Positions 45,621-55,335 of a DNA stretch of 64,000 nucleotides are shown here, in pieces. Position 1 is the stretch's first letter, and each line of letters begins with the position of its first letter. The position numbers and the translations under genes are program-made. Location: NCBI GenBank assembly GCA_963716745.1, contig OY970320.1:2848001-2912000 (forward strand). Direction: 5' to 3'. Under the pieces are notes generated by a model. The model worked only from the letters and a program-made list of their open reading frames with translations, was not told the DNA's origin and searched no databases. This DNA is from an uncultured Gemmatimonadaceae bacterium (GTDB lineage Bacteria; Gemmatimonadota; Gemmatimonadetes; Gemmatimonadales; Gemmatimonadaceae).

Positions 45621-46820
45621 ATGCGCTCTCTGCTCGTCGTCGCATTGCTCTCATGCAGCCTCTGCGCATCCGCGCAACAGAAGCCGCGCGCGCGTGAACT
45701 GGGCATTCCCATAGGGGGAACGGCGGGGGCGCTCGATGCGATTACCGATGTCGCGGGCATCGAAGTCGGATACACCACGATCATCGAGGGGAGCGGCAAG
45801 ACCGTCGTCGGCAAGGGGCCGGTGCGCACCGGCGTCACGGTGATCTTCCCGCGCGGCAGCAAGAACGCCGAGGATCCGGTATTCGCGGGCTGGTTCACGC
45901 TGAACGGCAATGGCGAGATGACCGGCACCACCTGGGTGCAGGAGAGCGGATTCCTCGAAGGGCCGGTGGCCATCACGAATACGCACAGCGTAGGCGTGGT
46001 GCGCGACGCGATCATCGCGTGGCAGATCGCCCACGACAAACTCCCGCCCGGCGGCGCGCTGCCGGTGGTGGCCGAGACGTACGACGGCGGGCTGAACGAC
46101 ATCGACGGCCAGCACGTGAAGCCGGCGCACGTGTTCGCGGCGTTGGATGGTGCGCACAGCGGCGCGGTGCAGGAGGGCAACGTCGGCGGCGGCACCGGCA
46201 TGACGTGCCACGGCTTCAAGGGCGGACTCGGCACCGCGTCGCGCAAAGTGGGCACGTACACCGTGGGCGTGCTGGTGCAGTGCAACTGCTGCACGCGGCA
46301 CGATCTGAGCATCGCCGGCGTCCCTGTGGGGCTCGAACTCACGGGCATGATGCCTTGCTTCTCGGATCCGGCGTCGCATCCCAACGGCCGGCACTGCGAT
46401 GCCAAGGACACGATCCCGGAAGGGAAGGAGAGAGACGAAGGCGCGGGCTCGATCATCATCATAGTAGCGACCGACGCGCCGATGCTGCCCGATCAGCTCA
46501 AGCGCATGGCGGTGCGCGCCGCGCTTGGCGTGGGCCGCATGGGCGGACACGGCGAGAACGGTTCGGGCGATATCTTCCTTGCGTTCTCGGCGGCCAATGC
46601 GAAGGCCGCGTACGGCACGGGCGTGCACAGCGTGCAGATGCTCGCGAACGACGATCTCAATCCATTCTTCGTCGCCACGGTGCAAGCGACGGAGGAATCG
46701 ATGGTCAACGCGATGCTCGCTGCGACGACGATGACGGGCGGCGACGATCGCCGGGTGTACGCGCTGCCGCTCGCACAGCTGCGGGTGGTGATGGCCAAAT
46801 ATGGGAGACCGATCAAGTGA
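45621..46820 (+). CDS. P1 (DmpA/S58) family aminopeptidase, secreted
   Basis: AITDVAG, NGNGEMTG, EGNVGGGTGM, G-SII self-cleavage site, SGDIFLAFS. Confidence 0.9.
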   Translation: MRSLLVVALLSCSLCASAQQKPRARELGIPIGGTAGALDAITDVAGIEVGYTTIIEGSGKTVVGKGPVRTGVTVIFPRGSKNAEDPVFAGWFTLNGNGEMTGTTWVQESGFLEGPVAITNTHSVGVVRDAIIAWQIAHDKLPPGGALPVVAETYDGGLNDIDGQHVKPAHVFAALDGAHSGAVQEGNVGGGTGMTCHGFKGGLGTASRKVGTYTVGVLVQCNCCTRHDLSIAGVPVGLELTGMMPCFSDPASHPNGRHCDAKDTIPEGKERDEGAGSIIIIVATDAPMLPDQLKRMAVRAALGVGRMGGHGENGSGDIFLAFSAANAKAAYGTGVHSVQMLANDDLNPFFVATVQATEESMVNAMLAATTMTGGDDRRVYALPLAQLRVVMAKYGRPIK

Positions 46821-47476
46821 CGCATCGCAGACAATTCCTCAGCTGGCTCGGCGTGACCTCACTGCTCGGCGCGACGAGCGGGCGGCTTCACGCTGAAGAG
46901 CCAACGTGGCCGGTGGATGATTCGTGGGACATGTCGTGGGTCGACCGGCTGGCGAAGGCGAAGGCCCGCGCGGTATTCGACTCGCCCGAGATCTCCGACG
47001 GCGAGGCCGTGTGGAAGGCGATGATGTGGGCCGACCAGTATGCGCAGGTCTACGGCACGCCGCGATCGCAGATCGTACCGGTGCTGGTGTTCCGGCACAT
47101 GGGCATCGCCCTCGCGATGAGTGACAGTTACTGGAAGCGTTTCAACGTGGGCAAGGAGAAGAAGGTGCTGAATGCGCAGGGGAAGGAATGGGCCGAGTCG
47201 AACCCGGCGCTCCTCCCGCCTACCGCCGGTAGCACCGATCCGGACTACTCGCTGCCCAAGTTCTTCGAGGCCGGCGGCATCGTGCTCGCGTGCAACCTTG
47301 CGTTCACCTTCGCCGCGGCGCCCTACAAAAAGGAACTGAAGACCGATTCCGCCGGCGCGCGGGCGGCGGCGCTGAAGGATCTGATCCCCGGAGTGATCCT
47401 GCAGCCGTCGGGGATCTTCGCCGTGATGAGGGCGCAGGAAGCGGGGGCGGGCTATATGCTCTCGTCGGCCCCCTAG
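46817..47476 (+). CDS. Tat-exported hypothetical protein (DsrE-like)
   Basis: HRRQFL Tat motif; VLACNLA; RAQEAG. Confidence 0.6.
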   Translation: MTHRRQFLSWLGVTSLLGATSGRLHAEEPTWPVDDSWDMSWVDRLAKAKARAVFDSPEISDGEAVWKAMMWADQYAQVYGTPRSQIVPVLVFRHMGIALAMSDSYWKRFNVGKEKKVLNAQGKEWAESNPALLPPTAGSTDPDYSLPKFFEAGGIVLACNLAFTFAAAPYKKELKTDSAGARAAALKDLIPGVILQPSGIFAVMRAQEAGAGYMLSSAP

Positions 47477-47480
47477 CGCC

Positions 47481-49005
47481 TTAGGCGCTCAACGCCTTCT
47501 CCACCGCGGCGATCGCTCTCTTAGCGTGGGCGCTCGTTTCCTTCACGAACTCGGTCGCCGCCTCGCTCAGCGCTCTCCCCGCGTTCTTGTCGCTGAGTGA
47601 ATTCACATTGATGCGCACGTTGTACGCCGCGCCGCGACAGGCGGCCTCGGCGAGCAGCGCGGCGACGCCCGCGTCGCTCACGGCGTTCGTGTTCCCGCCC
47701 TCCGCGGCTTCCGCGGCGAGCTTCGCCACCTCTGCACAAGCGCGCGCCGTCTCGAGCGGAACTTCGCTCGCTCCAATCAGCGCGGCGGTGATCGCCGCGT
47801 CGCGCTTGGCGGTCTGATCGGGCGTCTCCTTCGGCAGCTTGTACGCATTCGATACGGCGGAGTAACTCTTCGCGTCCAGTTCCACCAGCGCCGAGAGCCG
47901 AGCGCCTAGCGCCGAGGCCTGCAGTTGGATCTCCTTGAATCGAGATTCAACGGCAGCGTACTTCTTCCGCCCGACAGTCAGCCCCGCCACCATCTGCGCG
48001 AGCGCAGCCGCGAGCGCGCCGGCGTGCGCGGCAACGCTCCCGCCGCCCGGCACCGGCTCGCTGCTCGCGACAGCCGCGACGAATCCGCTCAGGCTCTGTC
48101 CGCCGCTCAGTGCCGATCGCACTTTGCGCTCGAGTACCTGATCGATCGAGAAGCTCGAGAGCTGCAAATAGCGCGCGGCCGCGTCGAACAGCGCGCGCTC
48201 CGGCACGAGGCCCACGATCTCGCTCCACGTGGTGCCCACACCGCGCGCGGCGGCTTCCATCTTCACGACATCGAACGCGCGGTGCATCGGTGTCTTGTCG
48301 ATCTCCACGAGATTCATGGACACCTGCGCCTGGCCGTCCACTTCGAGGCCGAGCCCCTTCACGTAGCGCAGTCCGCCGCTCGAGCCGCGCACCGCCTTCG
48401 CGACGTCCTTCGCGACGGGCACGTTCTTCGCATCGCCCATGTACACGTTGAACGCCACGAGGAAGGGGCGCGCGCCGATCGCGGTCGCGCCCGCGGTCGC
48501 GTGCACGTGACGCGGGCCGAAATCGGGCACGCGGTCGGGGTTCGTGGGCATCTCATCGCGGATCCCCTCGAATTCGCCGCGGCGCACGTCGGCGAGGTTC
48601 TCGCGCTTGGGCGTGGTGGCCGCTTTCTCATAGAGGAAAACAGGGATGTCCAGCTCGCGCGCCGGCGCGTTCGCCGAGCGTGCGCGCGAGGGCCACGCAG
48701 TCTTCCATCGTCGCGCCCTCGAGCGGAATGAATGGCACGACATCGGTGGCGCCCATGCGCGGATGCTCGCCCTGGTGCTTGGTGAGATCGATGCGCGCGG
48801 CGGCCTCCTTCATCCCCGCGAACGCGGCGTCCACCGCGCGCTCGGCGGGCACGACGAGAGTGACCACCGTACGGTTGTGCGACGCATCGCTCGAGACATC
48901 GAGCATGACGACGCCCTCAACCGCCTTGATCGCATCGACGATCGCCTGCACGACCTCGGGGCGGCGCCCCTCGGAGAAATTGGGAACGCATTCGACGAGC
49001 TTCAT
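47481..49005 (-). CDS. ftcD: Bifunctional glutamate formimidoyltransferase / formimidoyltetrahydrofolate cyclodeaminase (frameshift ~48660)
   Basis: VECVPNFSEGR, HNRTV, HPRMGATDV, QVSMNL, PVPGGGS, NVRIN. Confidence 0.92.
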
Positions 49006-49847
49006 GAGGCGCGCATTTCCAGTTTGGAGTGATGTTCCGAGCGGGCGGCGGCGACCGTGTCGCCGAGCCAGCGGTGCATGGCCGGGTTGCCGGCGAGGAC
49101 CGAGGATTTGTGCAGCGAGATCGCGCCGCCCTCGACATCGGACACGATGCCGCCGGCCTCGCGCACGAGCAGTGCGCCCGCCGCGAAATCCCAGGGGGAG
49201 AGCAGCGGCTCCCAGAAGGCGTCGAAGCGTCCGCAGGCCACGTCGCACAGATCGAGCGAGGCGGCGCCGGCGCGGCGAATGCCGGCGGTCGCGCGCGCGA
49301 CGGCGTAGAACTCGCTCAAGTATTCGTTGAGCACGGCGACAGCGCGGAAGGGGAACCCCGTGCCGATCAGCGCGCGGGTCGGGTCGGTGGTATTCGAGAC
49401 GGAGATTCTCTTGCCATCACGGAACGCGCCCGCGCCGCGGCGCGCCGTGAACACTTCGCCGATCGCGGCGTTGTGCACCACCGCCGCCGCGAGTTCTCCG
49501 TTCACCGCCGCACAGATCGACACCGCGTACTCGGGATAGCCGTGCAGGAAGTTCGTGGTCCCGTCCAGCGGATCCACCGCGAACACGAGACCGGCGCTGG
49601 GCGCCGCGCCGGGGGAGAGTTCCTCGCCCATGATGTGCGCCGCGGGGAAGGCCGCCGAGAGTCGCGCGTGGATGAGCGTCTCCGTCTCGACGTCCACATC
49701 GGAAACGAAGTCGCTCGCATTCTTCGTGCGCACTTCGAGCGTGGCGAGCTCGCCCGCGCGCGCGGCGATCCCGCGCGCCGCTTCGGCGGCGGCGCCCACG
49801 ATCGCGCTCAGGATGCGCTCGTCATTCGCGAGTTCTGCTTGCTTCAC
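49002..49847 (-). CDS. Inositol monophosphatase (SuhB-like)
   Basis: GEE, DPLDGTTNFLHG, TGFPF, WDFAAG. Confidence 0.92.
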   Translation of the reverse strand: MKQAELANDERILSAIVGAAAEAARGIAARAGELATLEVRTKNASDFVSDVDVETETLIHARLSAAFPAAHIMGEELSPGAAPSAGLVFAVDPLDGTTNFLHGYPEYAVSICAAVNGELAAAVVHNAAIGEVFTARRGAGAFRDGKRISVSNTTDPTRALIGTGFPFRAVAVLNEYLSEFYAVARATAGIRRAGAASLDLCDVACGRFDAFWEPLLSPWDFAAGALLVREAGGIVSDVEGGAISLHKSSVLAGNPAMHRWLGDTVAAARSEHHSKLEMRAS

Positions 49848-49874
49848 GTTTTCCGCGCTCGTAGGTTTGCTGTA

Positions 49875-50849
49875 ATGTCGAGAGTCTTCAGTGGCATCCA
49901 GCCGTCGGGCGAACTGCACATCGGGAATTACCTTGGCGCCGTCAAGAACTGGGTGGAACTCCAGTCGCGCCTCGAGTGCATCTATTGCATCGTCGACTAT
50001 CACGCGATCACCGGCACGTACGAACCGGCCGACCTCAGGAAGCGCACGCGCGATATGGCCATTTCGCTGCTCGCGGCCGGCGTCGACCCGGAGAAATGTA
50101 CCTTGTTCGTGCAGTCAATGGTGCCTGAGCACACCGAACTCGCGTGGATCTTCAATACCGTGACGCCGCTGGGCGAGCTCGAGCGGCAAACGCAGTACAA
50201 GGACAAGGCCAGCCGCCAGGAGAGCGTGCCGGCGGGGATCCTGAACTATCCCGTGCTGCAGGCGGCGGACATCCTGCTGTATCGCGCCGATCAGGTGCCC
50301 GTGGGTGAGGACCAGGTGCAGCATCTGGAACTCTCGCGCGAGATCGCGCGGCGCTGGAACCAGAAGTTCGGCGTGGATTTCTTTCCCGAGCCGAAGCCGC
50401 TGCTCACCGCTACGCGCCGCATCATGGGGCTCGACGGGCAGGCGAAGATGTCGAAATCGCTCGGCAACGCGATCGGGATACTCGAGAGCAAGGACGAGAT
50501 CTGGGCAAAGCTGCGGCCGGCGGTCACCGATCCGGCGCGCGTGCGGAAGACCGATCCGGGAACGCCGGAGGTGTGCGGCATCTATCACCTACACAAAGCG
50601 TTCAGCGACGCGCCGACCGTGGCGAACGTCGTGAAGCAATGCACGACTGCGGGCTGGGGCTGCATCGACTGCAAGCAGGTGCTCGCCGCCTCAATGGAGC
50701 GCGAGTTCGCGCCGGTGCGTGAGCGCGCGAGAGCGTTCGAGGCGAATCCGAAACGCGTGACGGACATCCTGGGCGACGGCGCGGCGCGCGCGGGGAAGAT
50801 CGCGCGTGAGACACTGCGCCAGGTGAAAGAGATCATGGGGCTCGCCTGA
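49875..50849 (+). CDS. trpS: Tryptophan--tRNA ligase
   Basis: SGIQPSGELHIGNY, YPVLQAADIL, VGEDQ, KMSKS. Confidence 0.98.
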   Translation: MSRVFSGIQPSGELHIGNYLGAVKNWVELQSRLECIYCIVDYHAITGTYEPADLRKRTRDMAISLLAAGVDPEKCTLFVQSMVPEHTELAWIFNTVTPLGELERQTQYKDKASRQESVPAGILNYPVLQAADILLYRADQVPVGEDQVQHLELSREIARRWNQKFGVDFFPEPKPLLTATRRIMGLDGQAKMSKSLGNAIGILESKDEIWAKLRPAVTDPARVRKTDPGTPEVCGIYHLHKAFSDAPTVANVVKQCTTAGWGCIDCKQVLAASMEREFAPVRERARAFEANPKRVTDILGDGAARAGKIARETLRQVKEIMGLA

Positions 50850-50850
50850 C

Positions 50851-51516
50851 GTGGAAAGCTTCCTGAACGTGCATCTCAACCTGCTGCTTCCCCTCCTCGT
50901 GGCCGTCATCCTCGGTGGCGCGGTGGGACTCGAGCGTGAACTCTCGGGGAAGCCCGCGGGACTGCGCACCAACATCCTGATCTGTATGGGCTCGGCGATG
51001 CTGACCGACCTGTCGATGCACATCAGCTTCGGCGCGAACGGCGCCGCCAACGGCGACGGCGGGCGCATCGCGGCGCAGATCGTCACCGGCATCGGCTTCC
51101 TGGGCGCGGGGAGCATCTTGCAAGCGCGCGGCGCGGTGGTGGGTCTCACGACGGCGGCTACGATCTGGGTGGTCGCGGCGATCGGCATGCTCGTGGGCGC
51201 CGGCTGGTACGTGGAGGCGACGGGCGGCACCGTTCTCGTGTTGCTCGTGCTCGAGGGATTGCGGCACGTGGAGCGGCGGATCCTCGCGCGCAGCCGCACC
51301 GTGGGTGCCACGATCCGAGCGAAGCGTGGTACGGATCAAGACAAGATCGTGAACGAGCTCCGCGCCACCGGGCTCCAGGTAGTGGCGTGCAAACCGTATG
51401 AGCACGAGAGCGACACCACGTTCGAACTCAGAGTGTCCGGTCCCGCGAAGCAGTTCAATGTCGCCACCGCGCGGCTGCTCGAGCGCGCCGACGTGCTCAG
51501 CGTCCAGTTCGACTAG
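50851..51516 (+). CDS. MgtC/SapB family protein
   Basis: GLERE, AGLRT, RIAAQIVTGIGFLGAG, GLTTAATIW. Confidence 0.93.
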   Translation: MESFLNVHLNLLLPLLVAVILGGAVGLERELSGKPAGLRTNILICMGSAMLTDLSMHISFGANGAANGDGGRIAAQIVTGIGFLGAGSILQARGAVVGLTTAATIWVVAAIGMLVGAGWYVEATGGTVLVLLVLEGLRHVERRILARSRTVGATIRAKRGTDQDKIVNELRATGLQVVACKPYEHESDTTFELRVSGPAKQFNVATARLLERADVLSVQFD

Positions 51517-51517
51517 C

Positions 51518-52549
51518 ATGGCGCGGCTCATGGTGGCGGACGTGCGCGCACAACACGGACAGTGGGCGATCACCCCGGAGGCCGAGTCGCGATTGAGCGC
51601 GTCGGTGCCGGCCGGTTGGACGCTGCGCATGGTGAAGGCGCCCACGGTGAGCGATGGCGACGGCGGCACGCCGCCGAGCGCGGAATCGCTGGCGGCGATC
51701 GCGGAGGCGGAGGCGTATTTCGGATTCGGGATATCGAAGCCGCTGTTCGAGGCCGCGAAGAAATTGAAATGGGTGCATAGCGCGGCGGCGGGGGTGGGGA
51801 GCATGCTGTTCCCTGAGATGAAGGCGAGCAATGTGATCCTGACGAATTCCGCTGGGATCCACGCGATCCCGATCGCGGAGCATGCGGTGGCGGGTGTGCT
51901 GGCGCTCGTGCGCGGACTCGACATCGCGATGGAGCTGCAGCGGAGTCGCGAGTGGAAGCGCGATGCGTTCTTGAGCGGGACGAGCGTGGTGCGGGAGGCG
52001 GGAGGACTGCGGGCGCTCATCATCGGGGCGGGAGGATTGGGGCGGGCGCTAGGCGTTAGGCTCTCGGCGCTAGGAGTGCGATGCGCGGGCGTACGACGGA
52101 GGGTGGGGCTTGGTGTGCCCGAAGGATTCGAGCGCATCGTGGGGCCGGACGAGTGGAAGGCGTTGCTGCCCGAGACGGACATCCTCGCGATCTGCGCGCC
52201 GGCGACGGCGGAGACGCGAGCAATGGTGGGCGCGGCAGAGTTGGATCGTCTTCCGAAGAACGCGATCGTGGTGAACGTCGCGCGGGGAGCGCTGCTGGAT
52301 GAAGCGGCGCTCGTGGTGCGCGTGAAGAGTGGCGCGCTGCGCGGCGCCGTGCTCGATGTGTTCGAGCAGGAGCCGTTGCCGGCGGAGAGTCCGCTGTGGG
52401 ACCTGCGCAGCGTGATCCTCACGCCGCATGTGTCGGGAGTCACGAACCGGTTCTGGGACCGTGAGGCGGAGTTGGTCGTCGGGAATTGGCGGGCGTATGA
52501 CAAGGGAGAAGCAATGCGGAATGTGGTCGATAAGCAGGCGGGGTACTGA
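51518..52549 (+). CDS. D-2-hydroxyacid dehydrogenase
   Basis: GAGGLG, NVARG, LDVFEQEP, TPHVSG. Confidence 0.93.
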   Translation: MARLMVADVRAQHGQWAITPEAESRLSASVPAGWTLRMVKAPTVSDGDGGTPPSAESLAAIAEAEAYFGFGISKPLFEAAKKLKWVHSAAAGVGSMLFPEMKASNVILTNSAGIHAIPIAEHAVAGVLALVRGLDIAMELQRSREWKRDAFLSGTSVVREAGGLRALIIGAGGLGRALGVRLSALGVRCAGVRRRVGLGVPEGFERIVGPDEWKALLPETDILAICAPATAETRAMVGAAELDRLPKNAIVVNVARGALLDEAALVVRVKSGALRGAVLDVFEQEPLPAESPLWDLRSVILTPHVSGVTNRFWDREAELVVGNWRAYDKGEAMRNVVDKQAGY

Positions 52550-53449
52550 GTGAGCGCGGCCATCGTGCCTCGGCCATCGGCCATCGGGGGAGTGCTTGTG
52601 CCCGAAGTGACTCCGTTCCTCGAGAACGGGGATCTCGATGAGGCGGGGTTCACCGCAAATGTGAAAGCACATCTCGCGAGTGGCGTGAGCGGCGTCGTCA
52701 CAGCGGGATCCACCGGCGAGGCGGCGCTCCTCGACGAGGATGAGCGGACGCGCATCGTGGAACTCGCGCGCGCCGTGGTGCCAGCTGAGAAGTGGGTGAT
52801 CGCGGGCGTGGGCGGCGAATCGACGCGCATGACCATCCGGCGCGCACGCGAGGCGGCGGCGCGCGGGGCGGACGCGGTGATCGTGGTCGCGCCGCACTAC
52901 TACGCGACGTCGATGACCGACGCGGCGCTCGAGGCGCATTATCGCCGCGTGGCCGACGGGAGTTTCGTGCCGGTGATCCTGTACAACATTCCGAAGTACG
53001 CGCATCTCGCGCTGTCGCCGGCGATGGTCGAGCGGCTGTCGACGCACGGCAACATTTCGGGGATCAAGGACAGCTCGGGCGAGCTCGATTCCATTCGCGC
53101 GTACATCGCGAGCAGAAGCCATCGTTCACCGTGGTCACGGGGAGCGCGCAGCAGTTCCTCGCGGGACTCGATCTCGGCGCGAAGGGAGGGATCCTCGGCG
53201 TCGCATGCTTCGCCGCCGCGCGGGCCGTGGAATTGTTCGACGCCCACGCGCGCGGCGATCTCGCCGCGAGCATCGGCGCGCAGGCGCGGTTGCTTGCCCT
53301 TGGGCCGCGACATCGTGGGCGCATTCGGCCCCGCGGGCGTGAAGGCCGCGATGAACGCGATCGGATTACACGGGGGATCCGTGCGGAGTCCGCTGCGCGA
53401 TGTGGACGGGAACGCGCGTGCCGCGATCGTGAAGCTCATCACGAAGTGA
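52550..53449 (+). CDS. Dihydrodipicolinate synthase (DapA) family protein, with a compensated frameshift ~53117-53290
   Basis: GSTGE, LYNIP, GIKDSSG; the out-of-frame stretch reads correctly in another frame. Confidence 0.88.
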   Translation: MSAAIVPRPSAIGGVLVPEVTPFLENGDLDEAGFTANVKAHLASGVSGVVTAGSTGEAALLDEDERTRIVELARAVVPAEKWVIAGVGGESTRMTIRRAREAAARGADAVIVVAPHYYATSMTDAALEAHYRRVADGSFVPVILYNIPKYAHLALSPAMVERLSTHGNISGIKDSSGELDSIRAYIASRSHRSPWSRGARSSSSRDSISARREGSSASHASPPRGPWNCSTPTRAAISPRASARRRGCLPLGRDIVGAFGPAGVKAAMNAIGLHGGSVRSPLRDVDGNARAAIVKLITK

Positions 53450-54549
53450 CCGCGCCGACGCGGCGGGCGCCGGCATTGCTGCGCTCGATCGGGGAGCATT
53501 TCACGAAGCTGTCGCAGCGGCTGCATGTGGATCCGAGTCGTACCGAAGAAGACGCATCCTCGTACGCTGAAGAAGACGCTGGTTGCCTCGGGATTCACGA
53601 TCTCGGAAGAACCATTTACCCGATTCGCGCACCGCAAGAATGATCCGCTTCGCATCACGGGGGCTTGGGTCGTCGGTGCGGCGATTGTATATGCGGTGAG
53701 CCGGCTCGTCGGCCTGGAGTACGAATGGCCGCTCTACGCGGTCGCTGGATTCACCTATCTCTTCGACCAATGGTTGAAGCAAAGGCGCGTCCCGGTCGCA
53801 TCGTCGAATATCATTGCGACGAGGGGCAAGCCCCGTGTATGGCTGGTAGCGAACTTGGATGCGGAAGCCGAGCAGGTACGAATCCCTGAGGTCGAGTACA
53901 CGCTCGTCATTAGCGCTCTCGGTCGTGGCAATTCTATATCACCCCTCCGGCCCAAGTCTTCAAAGCGATCGGCTATGCGATCGCGGCGACATGGTTCACT
54001 GGTTTGATTCTCCGTCCGCTGTTCAGGATCGCCCGTCCCGGCTGTCGCCCCATTGACCGGCGTGGCAGCTGTGCTCGGCGCGCTAGAGGCCGCCGATAGG
54101 GATCAAGCGTTGGGCGTCCTACTCACGCGCGGACAAGACGCGGAACGAAGCGGATTGGCAGCGGGACTCGCGGCTCACACCAAGGCGCCGACACTCTTCA
54201 TCGCAGCAGTTGGCGGACCCGAACACCTTGAAATGATAGAGACTGAAGCAAGCTCCTCCGCGCTTGCACTACCTCTGAAGGCGCGCGGCCGAGGCGGAGC
54301 ACGTGCCATTGAAGATCGAGAAGGCAGCCCAGCCTCGTAGAATTTGGTCGAGTCGTTCCCGCGAACGTTGGTCGGAGTAGACGTCGAGTTGAGGCGCCCA
54401 ACCTTTCCGGGCAACCTCAACGCACATTGGTATTTTCCTGTTCCATTGCGAGCGGTATGGAGCCACGTTTTGACCCAATCGGGCAGATCGCGACCGTAGC
54501 CAGGGTGCTAGTTCGAATGCTCGAGGAGAAACCTGAGGCGCAACGCTGA
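53446..54549 (+). pseudogene. Degenerate M28-peptidase-like membrane protein, multiply frameshifted
   Basis: GFTISEEPF, NIIATRG, PRVWLVANLD, TGVAAVL, GVLLT fragments across frames; atypical codon usage. Confidence 0.45.
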
Positions 54550-54550
54550 T

Positions 54551-55054
54551 ATGGCGCTGTTCCTCCTGATCCTCGCCTTCGCCGTCGGCCTGGTCTTCCT
54601 GCCCTTCGGCCTGCCCGGCCTCTGGCTCATGGTCGCCGCGACGGGCGCCTACTTCTGGCTCGGCCCGCAGGGCGCGATCGGCCCCTACACGCTCGGCGGC
54701 GTGATCGCGATCGCGGTGATCGCCGAGCTCGCCGAGTTCATCGTGACCGCGCGCGCGACCAAGCGCGCCGGCGGCTCCTCCCGCGGCGCCTGGTGGGCCC
54801 TCGGCGGCTCACTCGTCGGCGCCCTCGCCGGCGTGCCAGTCCCGATCGCCGGCAGCCTGATCGGCGCCTTCCTCGGAGCCTTCCTCGGCGCCTGGCTCGC
54901 GGAGTTGAGTCTGGGCCGCGCCGTAGAGCACGCCACCCGCGCCGCGAAGGGCGCCGTGATGGGCCGCATCACCGCCGTCGCCCTCAAGATCGCCGCCGCC
55001 GTCGCCATCGCCGCCTGGGTGATCGGCGCCATAGTGTACCACTCGAGCTTCTAA
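54551..55054 (+). CDS. DUF456 family membrane protein
   Basis: PFGLPG, KRAGGSSRG, GAFLGAWLAE. Confidence 0.85.
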   Translation: MALFLLILAFAVGLVFLPFGLPGLWLMVAATGAYFWLGPQGAIGPYTLGGVIAIAVIAELAEFIVTARATKRAGGSSRGAWWALGGSLVGALAGVPVPIAGSLIGAFLGAFLGAWLAELSLGRAVEHATRAAKGAVMGRITAVALKIAAAVAIAAWVIGAIVYHSSF

Positions 55055-55117
55055 GACCCGGCAGCGAGCTAAGCTCGGCTCGGCGAGAAGGAAGCCCAAC
55101 CCAGATCCAGATCGGGA

Positions 55118-55225
55118 GCGAGCGAGGCATCGGCAGAGCCGCCCCCGCGCGTCGCGAGAGCCTCGCGGCCGTATCGCGAGGCTCAAGGCGACACGTGAGG
55201 GCGGCGGAGCCAATGCCTCGCTCGC
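55118..55225. repeat. Long imperfect GC-rich hairpin (single copy in window)
   Basis: GCGAGCGAGGCATCGGC ... GCCAATGCCTCGCTCGC outer arms, with nested GCCGCCC/GGGCGGC and GAGCCTCGCG/CGCGAGGCTC stems. Confidence 0.75.
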
Positions 55226-55335
55226 GACCACGCCACGATGATGCGTAGTTGACTCAACCACTCGCCAAGACGAACTTTAGCGAGGCACCCACGCACACCA
55301 GCGTGGGCCCTTTTTTCGCGCCAGCCGGGACTCCG

